This document shows, in pieces, positions 36,527-46,887 of a stretch of 64,000 bases of DNA; position 1 is the first letter of the stretch, and the number at the start of each line of letters is the position of its first letter. The notes below the pieces were generated by a model. It was not told the origin of the DNA. It saw nothing but the letters and a program-made list of their open reading frames with translations, and did no database searches. This stretch comes from an uncultured bacterium. Its GTDB lineage: Bacteria; Krumholzibacteriota; Krumholzibacteriia; Krumholzibacteriales; Krumholzibacteriaceae. A program made the position numbers and the translations under genes. The DNA lies in NCBI GenBank assembly GCA_963786935.1, contig CAWBAN010000002.1, forward strand, positions 416,001-480,000. Direction: 5' to 3'.

Positions 36527-37699
36527 ATGGCTTACGAAGCGCTCGATTTTCTGCATTTCGATGACGTCCTCAGCGAAGAGGAAATCATCATCCGGGACAC
36601 GGTGCGCAAATTCATCGACAAGGAAGTGATACCCATCATCGGGGAGCACTGGGAGGCGGCGACCTTCCCCATGGATCTCATCCCGAAGATGGCGGAGCTC
36701 GGCGTTCTCGGCCCCTTCGTGCCGACGAAGTACGGCGGCGCCGGGTGCTCGTATACGATGTACGGGCTGATCTGCCAGGAGCTCGAGCGCGGGGATTCGG
36801 GCGTGCGGAGCTTCGGCTCGGTGCAGGGGAGTCTCGTCATGTACCCGATTCTGCATTTCGGCTCCGAAGAGCAGAAGATGGAATACCTGCCGAAGCTCGC
36901 CGCGGGAAAGATCATCGGCTGCTTCGGGCTCACCGAGCCGGATGCGGGATCGGACCCGGGCTCCATGCTCACGAAGGCCCGCAAGGACGGGAACCACTGG
37001 ATTCTGAACGGCACCAAGATGTGGATCACGAACGGCACCATGGCCGACATCGCGGTTGTCTGGGCGAAGGATGAGGCGGGGAAGATCCGCGGGTTCATCG
37101 TGCACAAGGACGACAAGGGATACTCCGCGCCGGAGCAGAAGCACAAGGTTTCGCTCCGCGCCTCGGTGACCTCCGAGCTCGTTCTCGAGGACGTCCGCAT
37201 CCCGGCCAGCAGAGAGCTTCCCAACACGAGCGGTCTCAAGAGCCCGCTCATGTGCCTCACCTCGGCCCGCTTCGGGATCGGGTGGGGAGCCGTGGGTGTC
37301 ATGCAGAGCGTGCTCGACGAGGCGATCAAGTACACCAAGGAACGAATCATGTTCGGCAAGCCGATCGCGTCGTTCCAGCTCACGCAGCAGAAGCTCGCCG
37401 AGATCGCGACCGATCTCACGAGCGCGCAGTGGATGGCGTACCGCGTGGGCCGTCTCGCCGACGAGGACAAGATGAAGTTCTACCACGTGTCGATGATCAA
37501 GCGGCACAACGTGAACGCGGCCCTCGTCGCGGCGCGCAAGGTGCGCAGCATGCTCGGCGCGAACGGGATCACCCTCGAGTATCAGTCGATCCGGCACATG
37601 TGCAACATGGAGTCGGTCCAGACCTACGAGGGGACATTCGAGATCCATACCTTGATTCTCGGAGAGCAGCTGACGGGAATAGCGGCGTACAAAGGCTGA
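36527..37699 (+). CDS. acyl-CoA dehydrogenase (glutaryl-CoA dehydrogenase-like)
   Basis: ELERGDSGVRS, GCFGLTEPDAGSDP, LNGTKMWITN, LGANGI, TYEGT. Confidence 0.93.
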   Translation: MAYEALDFLHFDDVLSEEEIIIRDTVRKFIDKEVIPIIGEHWEAATFPMDLIPKMAELGVLGPFVPTKYGGAGCSYTMYGLICQELERGDSGVRSFGSVQGSLVMYPILHFGSEEQKMEYLPKLAAGKIIGCFGLTEPDAGSDPGSMLTKARKDGNHWILNGTKMWITNGTMADIAVVWAKDEAGKIRGFIVHKDDKGYSAPEQKHKVSLRASVTSELVLEDVRIPASRELPNTSGLKSPLMCLTSARFGIGWGAVGVMQSVLDEAIKYTKERIMFGKPIASFQLTQQKLAEIATDLTSAQWMAYRVGRLADEDKMKFYHVSMIKRHNVNAALVAARKVRSMLGANGITLEYQSIRHMCNMESVQTYEGTFEIHTLILGEQLTGIAAYKG

Positions 37700-37728
37700 G
37701 CGCCCGATAGCGATCGAGACCTGAAAAT

Positions 37729-37780
37729 GGAAGCCCGGTTGTCGAGCCCGACGAGGGCGCGGCGGCCGGGCTTTTTTAGC
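37729..37780 (+). terminator. long hairpin plus T-tract, copy 2 of a repeated element
   Basis: AAGCCCGGTTG...CGGCCGGGCTTTTTT between convergent genes. Confidence 0.75.
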
Positions 37781-37794
37781 TCACGGAGCCGCGC

Positions 37795-38952
37795 TTACGG
37801 CCGCATCCAGGCGCTGCCCACCTGGATATAGAACGCCGTGTCATCCGGGCTGACGGCCACATCGATGCCGGCGTGAATCCCGTATTCGCGCGCCAGCTCG
37901 TATCGGAATCCCGCGCCGCCGGTGGGCACGGACTGGGTGCTGTTGAAGCGCTCGAAATCGACCCATGCCGCGCCGTATCCCCCGAAGCCTAGCAGGCTCA
38001 GACGCTTCCAGAACTGCCAGCGCAGCTCCGCTTCGACCTGCGCGACCTGCTCGCCCTGGTAGCGCATCATCGCAGCTCCGCGCAGGCTGACGAACGGCAG
38101 CATGTAGAAGGGGGAGCTGCCGAAACTCGCCGTGCCGTCGGCGCGCAGCCCGAGGAATAGGCTCCGGTGCAGGCGTATGTATTCCAGAACGACGAGCTGC
38201 ATGGTCTGAAAGCCGGTATCGCCGCCGAGCAGCTCGCTGTAGAATCCCCCCGTGAGCTCGACGTACGTGCCCCGGACCGGGGTGAAGATGTTGTCCCTCG
38301 AATCGAAGACCACGGTCGGCGTGATGCCGCCCACGTCCGAATCGTGTTCGAAGTCCGGGAGCTCCGGCGTCCCCGCCGGAGCATCGAAAGAGACTCGCGT
38401 CCTCCAGAAGGAGTAGCCGAGCCCCGCCCAGAGCCGTGTCTTGCCGAGCCGCGTTTTTCCGCGCGCCAGCCCGCCCTTCGGCTCCATGTTGTACCGGAGC
38501 GGCTGGTCGTGCAGCACCGGGTTATCGCCGACCCCGTAGAAGTCGAGATTCACCGAGAAGTACACGAGGCCGGCCGTCGACTGCAGCTGGTCGTCGAGCC
38601 AGTAGCGCGAATCGGCCACGAACGCGCCCCACGAGTCGTTCTCGGTCCAGAGCCCGCCCACCATCGTGATGTTGGGCCGGTTGTATCCGTCCTCGCCTCC
38701 GACGAACGGTTTGTCCAGGAACGCCAGCCCCAGGCCGAGCCCGTATCCCGTCGCGGGCTCCGTGATCGGAACGAGAAAGGGAAGGAATCCGTATCGTTCG
38801 TTCAGAAAGCCGCTCGCGTCGAACCACCCGTCCTCCGCCGAGAAGAACTTCGATGGCGCGCGCTTCTCGCCGGAAGCCGTTTGCGCCTGAAGGGACGAGC
38901 CGCAGAAGAGAAGGGCCATGAGGATCGCGACAATATGAACGGAGCGCATCAT
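37795..38952 (-). CDS. BamA/TamA-like outer-membrane beta-barrel protein
   Basis: Signal peptide; FDSRDNIFTP, LRG...RYQG, GAGFRY, YIQVGSAW. Confidence 0.8.
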   Translation of the reverse strand: MMRSVHIVAILMALLFCGSSLQAQTASGEKRAPSKFFSAEDGWFDASGFLNERYGFLPFLVPITEPATGYGLGLGLAFLDKPFVGGEDGYNRPNITMVGGLWTENDSWGAFVADSRYWLDDQLQSTAGLVYFSVNLDFYGVGDNPVLHDQPLRYNMEPKGGLARGKTRLGKTRLWAGLGYSFWRTRVSFDAPAGTPELPDFEHDSDVGGITPTVVFDSRDNIFTPVRGTYVELTGGFYSELLGGDTGFQTMQLVVLEYIRLHRSLFLGLRADGTASFGSSPFYMLPFVSLRGAAMMRYQGEQVAQVEAELRWQFWKRLSLLGFGGYGAAWVDFERFNSTQSVPTGGAGFRYELAREYGIHAGIDVAVSPDDTAFYIQVGSAWMRP

Positions 38953-39198
38953 TTCATCCTCCGATTCTCAGAGTGAGACACCGCGCCTTCTTTGTCCCCC
39001 CGAAGGATCGGCAAGGGACACTGCGGCGAATCATAGCATGCGGACGATGGAGAATCAACGGGCTGCGGGCGCGGACCTGAAAAATATGTATTTGTTCCTC
39101 TCCGCGACGCCGTGATACAGTCCGGAAACAAAATCAACTTGGAGTCGCCACGCGGCGGCCCCGAATCCGCTCTCGGCCCGGTAACAAGGAGGACATGG

Positions 39199-39855
39199 AT
39201 GGACAAGCGCGTCGCCGCGGTATTCTTCCTCGCCGTCCTGATTGCCGTTCTCGGCGTTTCGCCCGCCCTCGCGCAGGAAGAATCTCCCCTGCGCTTCGGC
39301 GTGAAGCTCGGGCTGAACATCTCCGAATTCAGGGGAAGCGACATCGCGGGATTGGGCGAGCTGCTCGACTGGAAGGCCGGCTTTTGCGGCGGCGTTTTCA
39401 TGTCATATGACGTCAACGAGTGGTTCACCCTTCAGCCCGAAATCCTGTACTCGATGAAGGGAATGAAGCTGGGATTCATGGACGAATCGGCCACCGTCAG
39501 CCTCGACTATATCGATATTCCGATCCTTGCCACGGTGAAGATCCCGGTGGAGGGCACTCTCAGGCCGTTCATCTACGCCGGCCCCGTCTTCGGCATCAAC
39601 GTGAGATCCGAGGCGAGCTCGACTCTCTCTGAAGATGAAGACTCCGAGCTGGACCTGAGCGATTATACGAACGGATTCGAGTTCTCTCTCGCCCTCGGAT
39701 TGGGGCTCAACATCGGCATCGCCGGCCGGGAGATGATCCTCGATTTCCGGTATGAGCCGGGGTTGACCAACGTCTACGATACGCCGAGCGACGTCGATCA
39801 GACCGTTGAATGGAAGAATGATGCGATCGCGATCCTGTTCGGGTTCCGCATCTGA
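39199..39855 (+). CDS. porin-family (PorT/OmpA-like) beta-barrel
   Basis: RBS AAGGAGG; FGVKLGLN, LQPEILYSMKG, LDYIDIPIL, terminal GFRI. Confidence 0.85.
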   Translation: MDKRVAAVFFLAVLIAVLGVSPALAQEESPLRFGVKLGLNISEFRGSDIAGLGELLDWKAGFCGGVFMSYDVNEWFTLQPEILYSMKGMKLGFMDESATVSLDYIDIPILATVKIPVEGTLRPFIYAGPVFGINVRSEASSTLSEDEDSELDLSDYTNGFEFSLALGLGLNIGIAGREMILDFRYEPGLTNVYDTPSDVDQTVEWKNDAIAILFGFRI

Positions 39856-40014
39856 GGGGACTTAACTCATTATTTGGCATAGATCTTGCGGTTGTGAGGC
39901 ACAAGGCTGAACCCCAGGGTATTGCTGCGCCGTGCAGTGCATAACTGATTTAATGTCAATCTACTATGGCGGCGGTGAGGCCCGGGGCCCCGATCAACCC
40001 GAAAGGATCCGGCC

Positions 40015-41001
40015 ATGTCGAAGATCACGGTCAAGAAAATCGATGTATTCACGACGAAACCGTTCTCGGGCAATCCGGCGGGCGTGATCGCGGATGCCGA
40101 TGCCCTCGACACAGCCGATATGAAGCGCATCGCCGCGGAGCTCAATCTCGCCGAATGCTGCTACATACAGAGGCCGGATTCGGCGGACGGCGCCTTCAAG
40201 GTGCGGTTCTTCACGCAGAGCGTGGAGCTCGGCCTGAGCAGCCACGCCCTCATCGCCGCATGCGTCGTCGCCCTCGAGGAGGGGCGCGTGACGCTGCAAA
40301 ACGGGCTCACCGAGATTCGTTGCGACACGAAGATCGGCAGCGTGCCGCTCGATATCCACTTCGATATGGGCGTCGAGAGGACGGGATCGAAGGACGAGGT
40401 TTATCTGTCCTGCCGAAACGGCCAGAGCGGCGTTCTCCGGCGCGTCATGATCCATCAGCTACGCGACAAAGTGAGGAACACCGATATTCCGATCCCCGAG
40501 CTCGCCCGCATTCTCGGGATCGACGAGCACGAGATACGGGGAACGGGCCTTCCGCTCGAGGTGCTCAACCACGGGATGGAGCAGCTCGTTATCCCGATCA
40601 TGCATCAGGACACGGTGCTCGACATGCAGCCCGATCTCATCAAGCTCAATCTGCTCAACAAGCGATACAACATCCAGACGAACGATCTCTTCACGCTCGA
40701 GGCTTTGAATCCCGACGCCGCCCTCTACTCGCGGACCTTTTCCCCGGCGATCGGCCTCTGGGAGGACGTCGGCTCGGGGAGCGGCGTGGGATCGATCGCC
40801 GCCTACCTCGCGCGCCACGGCGTGCTCCATCCCGGCTCGATCATCGCCGAGCAGGGGAGCGATCGCGACAACCTCGTCAGAATATTCGTCGACATCGCCG
40901 AGAACGACGGATCGACGATCCCGCTGCGCATCGGGGGCCTGGCCGTCACCTCCATCGAGCAGGAAATCTCGCTCGAGGGGGAGACGGTGACCATCGAATG
41001 A
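40015..41001 (+). CDS. PhzF-family isomerase/epimerase-like protein
   Basis: IDVFTTKPFSGNPAGV, IAAELNLAE, VRFFT, SRTFSPAIGLWED, EQG. Confidence 0.85.
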   Translation: MSKITVKKIDVFTTKPFSGNPAGVIADADALDTADMKRIAAELNLAECCYIQRPDSADGAFKVRFFTQSVELGLSSHALIAACVVALEEGRVTLQNGLTEIRCDTKIGSVPLDIHFDMGVERTGSKDEVYLSCRNGQSGVLRRVMIHQLRDKVRNTDIPIPELARILGIDEHEIRGTGLPLEVLNHGMEQLVIPIMHQDTVLDMQPDLIKLNLLNKRYNIQTNDLFTLEALNPDAALYSRTFSPAIGLWEDVGSGSGVGSIAAYLARHGVLHPGSIIAEQGSDRDNLVRIFVDIAENDGSTIPLRIGGLAVTSIEQEISLEGETVTIE

Positions 41002-41095
41002 TCGGGAGCGCCCGCCGCCTCATCATGAAATCGCTATTTACGAACGACAAAAGAAGTGCTACAACGAGTGCGTCCAATCTATAGGGGGTGGCACC

Positions 41096-41887
41096 ATGGA
41101 GATTATCATAACGCCCGATTACGAGTCCATGAGCAGGACGTCGGCCGAAATCATCGCGAAGGAGATCAGGCGGAAGCACGACCTCGTCCTCGGGCTCGCG
41201 ACGGGGGATACGCCCATCGGCACGTACCGGGAACTCGCGAATCTGCACAAAACGGAGGGGCTCGATTTCTCGAAGCTCACGACCTTCAATCTCGACGAGT
41301 ATCTCGATCTCGCGCCGCTCCACAAGAACAGCTACAACTACTTCATGTGGGAGAATCTCTTCAAGCACGTCAACATCAGCCCGCACAAGGTGTTCGTCCC
41401 GCAGGGCAACACGGACGATCCGGAAGTGTTCGGCGAATGGTACGAGAACCAGATAAAGATTGCCGGCGGCATCGATCTGCAGGTGCTCGGCATCGGGCGC
41501 GACGGGCATATCGGGTTCAACGAGCCCGGCTCTTCCTTCGCGAGCCGGACGAGGGTGAAGGGGCTGTACGAGCAGACGATCAAGGACAACGCCCGCTTCT
41601 TCGACAAGGAGGAGGACGTGCCGCGCTTCGCGATCACGATGGGAGTCGGCACGATCATGGAAGCGAAGAAGATCCTCCTCATCGCGAGCGGCGAAGGCAA
41701 GGCCGACGTGTGCCGCGACTTCATCGAGGGCCCCGTGACGAGCCAGATCACGGCCACGGCGCTCCAGCTCCACAGCTATGCGATCGTCATTCTCGACGCG
41801 GACGCGGCCTCGAAGCTGAAGCGGAAGGAGTACTACAACTGGATCCGCGACAACAAGCACGTCGTGCGGAAGAAGATAGGACGCTGA
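41096..41887 (+). CDS. nagB: glucosamine-6-phosphate deaminase
   Basis: LGLATG, TFNLDEY, GGIDLQVLGIG..GHIGFNEPGS, AITMGVGTI. Confidence 0.95.
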   Translation: MEIIITPDYESMSRTSAEIIAKEIRRKHDLVLGLATGDTPIGTYRELANLHKTEGLDFSKLTTFNLDEYLDLAPLHKNSYNYFMWENLFKHVNISPHKVFVPQGNTDDPEVFGEWYENQIKIAGGIDLQVLGIGRDGHIGFNEPGSSFASRTRVKGLYEQTIKDNARFFDKEEDVPRFAITMGVGTIMEAKKILLIASGEGKADVCRDFIEGPVTSQITATALQLHSYAIVILDADAASKLKRKEYYNWIRDNKHVVRKKIGR

Positions 41888-41892
41888 CGGTC

Positions 41893-43815
41893 ATGCATGA
41901 GTATCTGGAATCTCTCGTTGGCGATCTGCTCGCAACGTCGAGCTTTCTCGCTTCGATGCGCGAGCTCAAGGGGGCGCGGGGGAAGAGCCGTCTGTTCTGC
42001 GACCGGGTTCGAGCTCTGACGGAGCGGGAGATCGACATCCTGAAATCCCGCGGCAATCGCTCTCCCGACTGGGGGAGAATTCTCGTGGCCGAGGGCTTCA
42101 CACCGGCCTTCATCGCGGGGAGCGCCTTTCACGGCGACTGCGTGCTCGGCGTGTTCGGCGGCGAGCCGGCGCCGGTCGAGGCGTCGGCGTCCCTCCCGAA
42201 CGGAATCTACAACAGCACGATCATGAGCTCCGAGATTGGAAGCGGCTGCTTCGTTTCGGACGCCGCTCTCGTTTCGAACTACATTCTCCGGGAGCGCTGC
42301 GTCGTTTTCGACGTGGGGGCCTTGATCGCGTCGCAGAAATGCGTGTTCGGCCACGGCAGGGAGATCGCGATCGGCATCGAGACGGGCGGACGGGAAGTGC
42401 TCTCCTACGCCGAGATCACGATTCCCGTCGCGACGGCCGTCGCCACGCGGCGGGGAGACAAGGAGTTTCTCGCGGCGTACCGCGAGTTCGTGAATGCGTA
42501 CATCGACGCCTGCGGCGCGCCATTCGGCGTGATCGAGCGGGGGGGCGTCGTCCGCCACATGCCGCGGGTGGAGGATACGTATGTAGGGGAGGGGGCCGCG
42601 ATCGACGGCGCGACGCTCGTGCAGAACTGCGTGCTCCTCAGCACGCCCGAAGAGCGGACCGGAATCAGCCACGGCGCATACGCACGCAGCTCGTGCCTCC
42701 AGTTCGGCTGCGACGTCACCTCGATGGCGATCGTGGACGACTCGGTGCTCACCGAGCACTCGCACGTGGAGCGGCACGGCAAGGTGACGCAGAGCATCGT
42801 CGGCCCCAACACCGGCATCGCCGAGGGAGAGGTGACCGCTTCGCTCGTCGGGCCGTTCGTCGGCTTCCATCACCAGTCGATGCTCATCGCGGCGATCTGG
42901 CCCGAAGGCAAGGGAAACGTGGCGTACGGCGCCAACATCGGCTCCAACCACACGTCGAAGGCCCCGGATCAGGAGATCTGGTGCGGCGAGGGATTTTTCT
43001 TCGGCCTCGGGGCGAACGTCAAGTTCCCGTCCGATTTCACCGGGGCTCCGTACGGTCTCATCGCGACCGCCGTCGATACGCTGCCGCAGAAGGTCGATTT
43101 CCCGTTCGCCCTCATCAACAAGCCCTCGCGCGCCTTCGACGGCGTGCCGCCCGCGTACAACGAGATCTTCCCCGCCTGGGTCCTCTCCGAGAATCTCTAC
43201 GCGGTGCTCAGGAACGAAGGGAAATACAAGAAGCGGAACAAGGCGAGACGGACGCAGTTCGCGTTCGACGTGTTCCGCAGGGATATCGTCGAGATGATGA
43301 TCGCCGCGCGGGACCGGCTCAAGAAGGTGCGGGAGCTGCACGACGTCTATCTGGACGAAGACATCCCGGGCCTCGGCAAGAACGTCCTGACCGAGGAGAG
43401 CCGCCTGCGGGGGATAGAGGTTTATAATTTCTTCATCGAGTACTTCGCGTTGCAGGGGCTCGCCGCGCGCGTCGCGAAGCTGGTCGCGAGCGGGGATCGC
43501 GCGCGTGTCGCATCAGTGTATGAAGATGCGACGGGTGACGCCGACTGGGAGTATCGGCGCGGCCTCATCCGTTCGCAGGGATACGGCGCTCGGACGGTCG
43601 CCGAGAATCTCAGGCGATTGATCAATATCCACGAGCAGATCGCCGCCGGCACGGAGCGCTCGAAGGAGCGCGACGACGTCCGCGGCAAGAAGATCATCCG
43701 CGATTACGCCGAGGCCAACACGCAGGCCCCCGACGACAGCTTCGTCAAGGAGACCTGGGAGCGGGCGCGAAACGTGAGAGCCGAGATGGACGCCCTCATC
43801 CGCAAACTGGCGTAG
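41893..43815 (+). CDS. DUF4954-like protein (beta-helix region)
   Basis: RALTEREIDILKSRGN..PDW, EGEVTASLVGPFVGFHHQSMLIA, GANIGSNHT..APDQE. Confidence 0.75.
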   Translation: MHEYLESLVGDLLATSSFLASMRELKGARGKSRLFCDRVRALTEREIDILKSRGNRSPDWGRILVAEGFTPAFIAGSAFHGDCVLGVFGGEPAPVEASASLPNGIYNSTIMSSEIGSGCFVSDAALVSNYILRERCVVFDVGALIASQKCVFGHGREIAIGIETGGREVLSYAEITIPVATAVATRRGDKEFLAAYREFVNAYIDACGAPFGVIERGGVVRHMPRVEDTYVGEGAAIDGATLVQNCVLLSTPEERTGISHGAYARSSCLQFGCDVTSMAIVDDSVLTEHSHVERHGKVTQSIVGPNTGIAEGEVTASLVGPFVGFHHQSMLIAAIWPEGKGNVAYGANIGSNHTSKAPDQEIWCGEGFFFGLGANVKFPSDFTGAPYGLIATAVDTLPQKVDFPFALINKPSRAFDGVPPAYNEIFPAWVLSENLYAVLRNEGKYKKRNKARRTQFAFDVFRRDIVEMMIAARDRLKKVRELHDVYLDEDIPGLGKNVLTEESRLRGIEVYNFFIEYFALQGLAARVAKLVASGDRARVASVYEDATGDADWEYRRGLIRSQGYGARTVAENLRRLINIHEQIAAGTERSKERDDVRGKKIIRDYAEANTQAPDDSFVKETWERARNVRAEMDALIRKLA

Positions 43816-43845
43816 TCGATAAGGGGATGAGGATGGCCGCCGTCA

Positions 43846-44883
43846 TCAACGGTCTTTGCCGCGATCGTCGTCTCCGTGAAGCAGATTGCCGACATCCCGC
43901 CGAATCTCCCTGATGCCCACGCCGGTCCCGGCGAGCGAGAGAAGCCCGACGATCCACAAGGCTGCCGTGAGGATGACAAAGACGACCACGGAGAAACCCG
44001 CCGCCGTCGTCTTGTCGACGCCGAAGAGCGAGAGGCCGAGCACGGTGAAGAACTGATACGTGCCGACGTTCGACGGCGCGTTCGGCAATGCGGTCCCCAA
44101 GTACATGACGAGAAAGACGGCGGCCCCTGCCCACGGAGACAGGTGTAGTCCATACGCCTTCATGACGAGCCAGAAGGCTATGATTTGGCAAATGTTTATC
44201 AGGGGCGTCGTGAAAAGCGAGAAATAGAAATATCGGGTCGTTCCGATCGTCCGGATTCCCTCCGCCACGGCGCCGATCAGGGATGACAGGCGGCGCAGGG
44301 GGCTCCGGCCCGCCGGGACGGCTGCCGGCGGCTCTTCGTTCGCTCTCTTCTTCCGCGCGACGAGATAGATGAGCAGCGCGGCGGCGGCGATGATCGCCAC
44401 GCCGAGGACGTCCGCGGCTTTGAGGAGATTCGGCGGCAGCTGCACGAAAATAGCGACGAGGGCGATCCCGACCGCGAGCCAGAGGCCGTCGAAGAATCGC
44501 TCGACCGCGATCGAGGGAATGACGGCGAGGAACGGGACTTTCTCCCGGCGCGAGACGATATATGCCCGCACGAGCTCTCCCGCGCGCAGCGGCACGATCT
44601 CGTTCGTCAGGAGGCCGACGTAGACCGCCTGCGTGGCGCGCAGCACGGGAACGTTCCCCACGGGGCGCAGAAGAAAACGCCAGCGCACGCCCTGCCACCC
44701 GTAGCTCAGGATATCGAAGGCCACGGCGGCCGCGACCCAGCCCCAGCCGATCGACCTCAGCTGGCGGAGGAGCACGTCTCCCTTGATCCCGTGAAACACC
44801 CAGACGAGGCACGCGGCCGCGATCAGCCAGCCGAGCGCCTGCCGGATCGTATCCGCCGATCTATGCCGGTGCCCTTCCTTCAT
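43846..44883 (-). CDS. lysylphosphatidylglycerol-synthase-TM (flippase-like) membrane protein
   Basis: RWRFLL, NEIVPLRAGELVR, ERFFD, PNAPSNVGTYQ. Confidence 0.85.
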   Translation of the reverse strand: MKEGHRHRSADTIRQALGWLIAAACLVWVFHGIKGDVLLRQLRSIGWGWVAAAVAFDILSYGWQGVRWRFLLRPVGNVPVLRATQAVYVGLLTNEIVPLRAGELVRAYIVSRREKVPFLAVIPSIAVERFFDGLWLAVGIALVAIFVQLPPNLLKAADVLGVAIIAAAALLIYLVARKKRANEEPPAAVPAGRSPLRRLSSLIGAVAEGIRTIGTTRYFYFSLFTTPLINICQIIAFWLVMKAYGLHLSPWAGAAVFLVMYLGTALPNAPSNVGTYQFFTVLGLSLFGVDKTTAAGFSVVVFVILTAALWIVGLLSLAGTGVGIREIRRDVGNLLHGDDDRGKDR

Positions 44884-44905
44884 GATGCCTCCGCGGGGGC
44901 TTCGC

Positions 44906-46615
44906 TCACGCCTGCTCGAGCGGCTCCTCGACCGCGGGGATCTCCTCCTCCTTGAACGATTCGATCTCCTCGGTTTTCACGTGTTTCAGCTCGGATACCC
45001 TGCCGAGCGCGAGCGCCATGCGCGGGAGGTCCAGCGGCGAGCGGTAGACCGTGTAGCGAGGCTCCCACGAGTCGGCGAATTTCGCCTTGTAGCGCTTGAG
45101 CCCGCGGTAGCTGAAGAGGAAGTTCAGCCGCTGGAAGAACGCGTGAATCGCCTTTTCCTCGACGGATGCCTGCTCGTTCTCCTGGAATCCGGACATCGGC
45201 GCCATGCCGAGGTTGAACCGCGCGAAGCCCCGCGCCTTGAGATCGAGGAACAGCTTCGCGAAGAGGTAGTCCATGACGCCGGTGGGAGCCCCGACGCGGT
45301 GGCGCATGAGGTCGATCGTCGCCTCTCCCTTCGCGAACGAGGGGATCTGGTTGGCGAAGGCCTGTATCGTTCCGGCCCGATCGAGCACCGCCGCGGCCGG
45401 AGTCCCGCGGACGTACGCCTCGTCGAAGGTGCCGAGGGTGAACTGCCGCTCGCGCCGCCCCGCGATGGTGAGCCATTCGTCGGAGACGTCTCTCAGGCTG
45501 GAGACGATCTCGTCCGGGAGGGGCGCGTCGTACCACGCGTAGCGAATGCCCGCGTCCTCCAGCTTGTTGACGACGTGCCGCAGGCCCTTGCGCTCCTTTC
45601 CGTCCAGCGAGAAGGACGCGAGGTTCGTGATCGCGTCGTCGCCCACCTTGAGCCTTCGGAAGCCGAGCTTCTCGTAGACGGGAAGAAAATCGGGGAGCGT
45701 CTGGTGAAACGCCACGCCCCAGTCGTTCTCCGCGCAGAAGGCGGGGAAGTCCGAGGCGACGCTTTCTATCTCCTCGGCGGGACCGACCGGATCGGCGAGC
45801 GCGATGGCGAAATGCCCCCCGACGCGGTAGGCCACGAAGCTCTCGCGCGAGGGGGAGAAGAAGAAGGATTTATCGGGCCAGTACTTGAAGAAGTCGAGGG
45901 AGGAGCGCCCGTGCCGCGCGACGATATCTTTCGCGAGCAGGCGCTCGCGCGGGTGCGTTCTGAACCGGTAGACGGCGGGACGGAAGAGCGCGTAGAGCGA
46001 ATAGAGCATCGCCGACGCGGTCATGACGTACAGGGAATCGAGGAACCACCGGGCGTATCGGGTATGAGGCGCCGGTCCCGGGCCCCCGGAGAAGGCGAGG
46101 AAGCGGAAGGTTTCGCGGACGGCGTCTCCGATGCGAAAATCGACGCCGAACTCGCGTCGATCGAGGAGCCAGAATCCCGCGATGCCGTATGCGATCGCGA
46201 TGAACACCGCGGCTCCGAAGCGGAGGAAGCCCGTCGCCGGGTCGGGGATGCTGCTCCTCACGGTGAAGCTCTTTCTCGCGGCGATAAGCAGAACGAGAAG
46301 GACGAGGGAGACGATCGACTCTTCGTAATCGAGCCCTTTCGTCATATGAAAGACGATCGACAGAACGGAGAGGGAAACGACGACGAGGTACGCGCGGCGC
46401 TTGCGCTTGTAGATGTTGATCGCGGATACGACGAGGGCGAATCCGATGAGGAGCGTGAGGAATCTCGCGACGTGGATGAACTCGAGCGGGAAAAAGGCCT
46501 CGAGGAGTTTCATCCGGTGAGGGAGCGCGGGTCCGATCACGGAGTAGATGTTGACGACGCCGCTGCCGAAGGTCATGAGCGCGGCGAGCCAGACCGGTAT
46601 CCGACGGAGCGTCAT
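44906..46615 (-). CDS. MprF-like aminoacyl-phosphatidylglycerol synthase (DUF2156)
   Basis: RBS GGAGG; HMTKGLDYEE, DKSFFFS, ADPVG, TIDLMR, GVMDYLF, FNLGMAPMSG, GLKRYKAKF. Confidence 0.9.
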   Translation of the reverse strand: MTLRRIPVWLAALMTFGSGVVNIYSVIGPALPHRMKLLEAFFPLEFIHVARFLTLLIGFALVVSAINIYKRKRRAYLVVVSLSVLSIVFHMTKGLDYEESIVSLVLLVLLIAARKSFTVRSSIPDPATGFLRFGAAVFIAIAYGIAGFWLLDRREFGVDFRIGDAVRETFRFLAFSGGPGPAPHTRYARWFLDSLYVMTASAMLYSLYALFRPAVYRFRTHPRERLLAKDIVARHGRSSLDFFKYWPDKSFFFSPSRESFVAYRVGGHFAIALADPVGPAEEIESVASDFPAFCAENDWGVAFHQTLPDFLPVYEKLGFRRLKVGDDAITNLASFSLDGKERKGLRHVVNKLEDAGIRYAWYDAPLPDEIVSSLRDVSDEWLTIAGRRERQFTLGTFDEAYVRGTPAAAVLDRAGTIQAFANQIPSFAKGEATIDLMRHRVGAPTGVMDYLFAKLFLDLKARGFARFNLGMAPMSGFQENEQASVEEKAIHAFFQRLNFLFSYRGLKRYKAKFADSWEPRYTVYRSPLDLPRMALALGRVSELKHVKTEEIESFKEEEIPAVEEPLEQA

Positions 46616-46887
46616 GACGGGCACCTCCCGCGGGCGACGGCGCGCATCGCCTCGCGTCGCCATTGTAAACTTTTTTCGGCCGCCGTCGATGGATTTTCAG
46701 GGCTTCCCGCGAACGGATCGCCGGAACTGCCGCGAGGTCAAGAAATGGTGCGCGTCGCGGTTGCGTAACGCAGCCCGCGCGCATTGTCGCAAGCCGGTGG
46801 AGAATCGTTCGGGAAAGGAGTATAATCGGAATGTGCGGGGCGCGAATGCGCCCGCGCTTCTCGAACTCTTCGAAACAAGGATCCGCG

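Noticed and set aside
41056..41892. N-terminal extension of the 919-aa ORF
   Set aside because: It overlaps nagB out of frame; the real start is ATG 41893.
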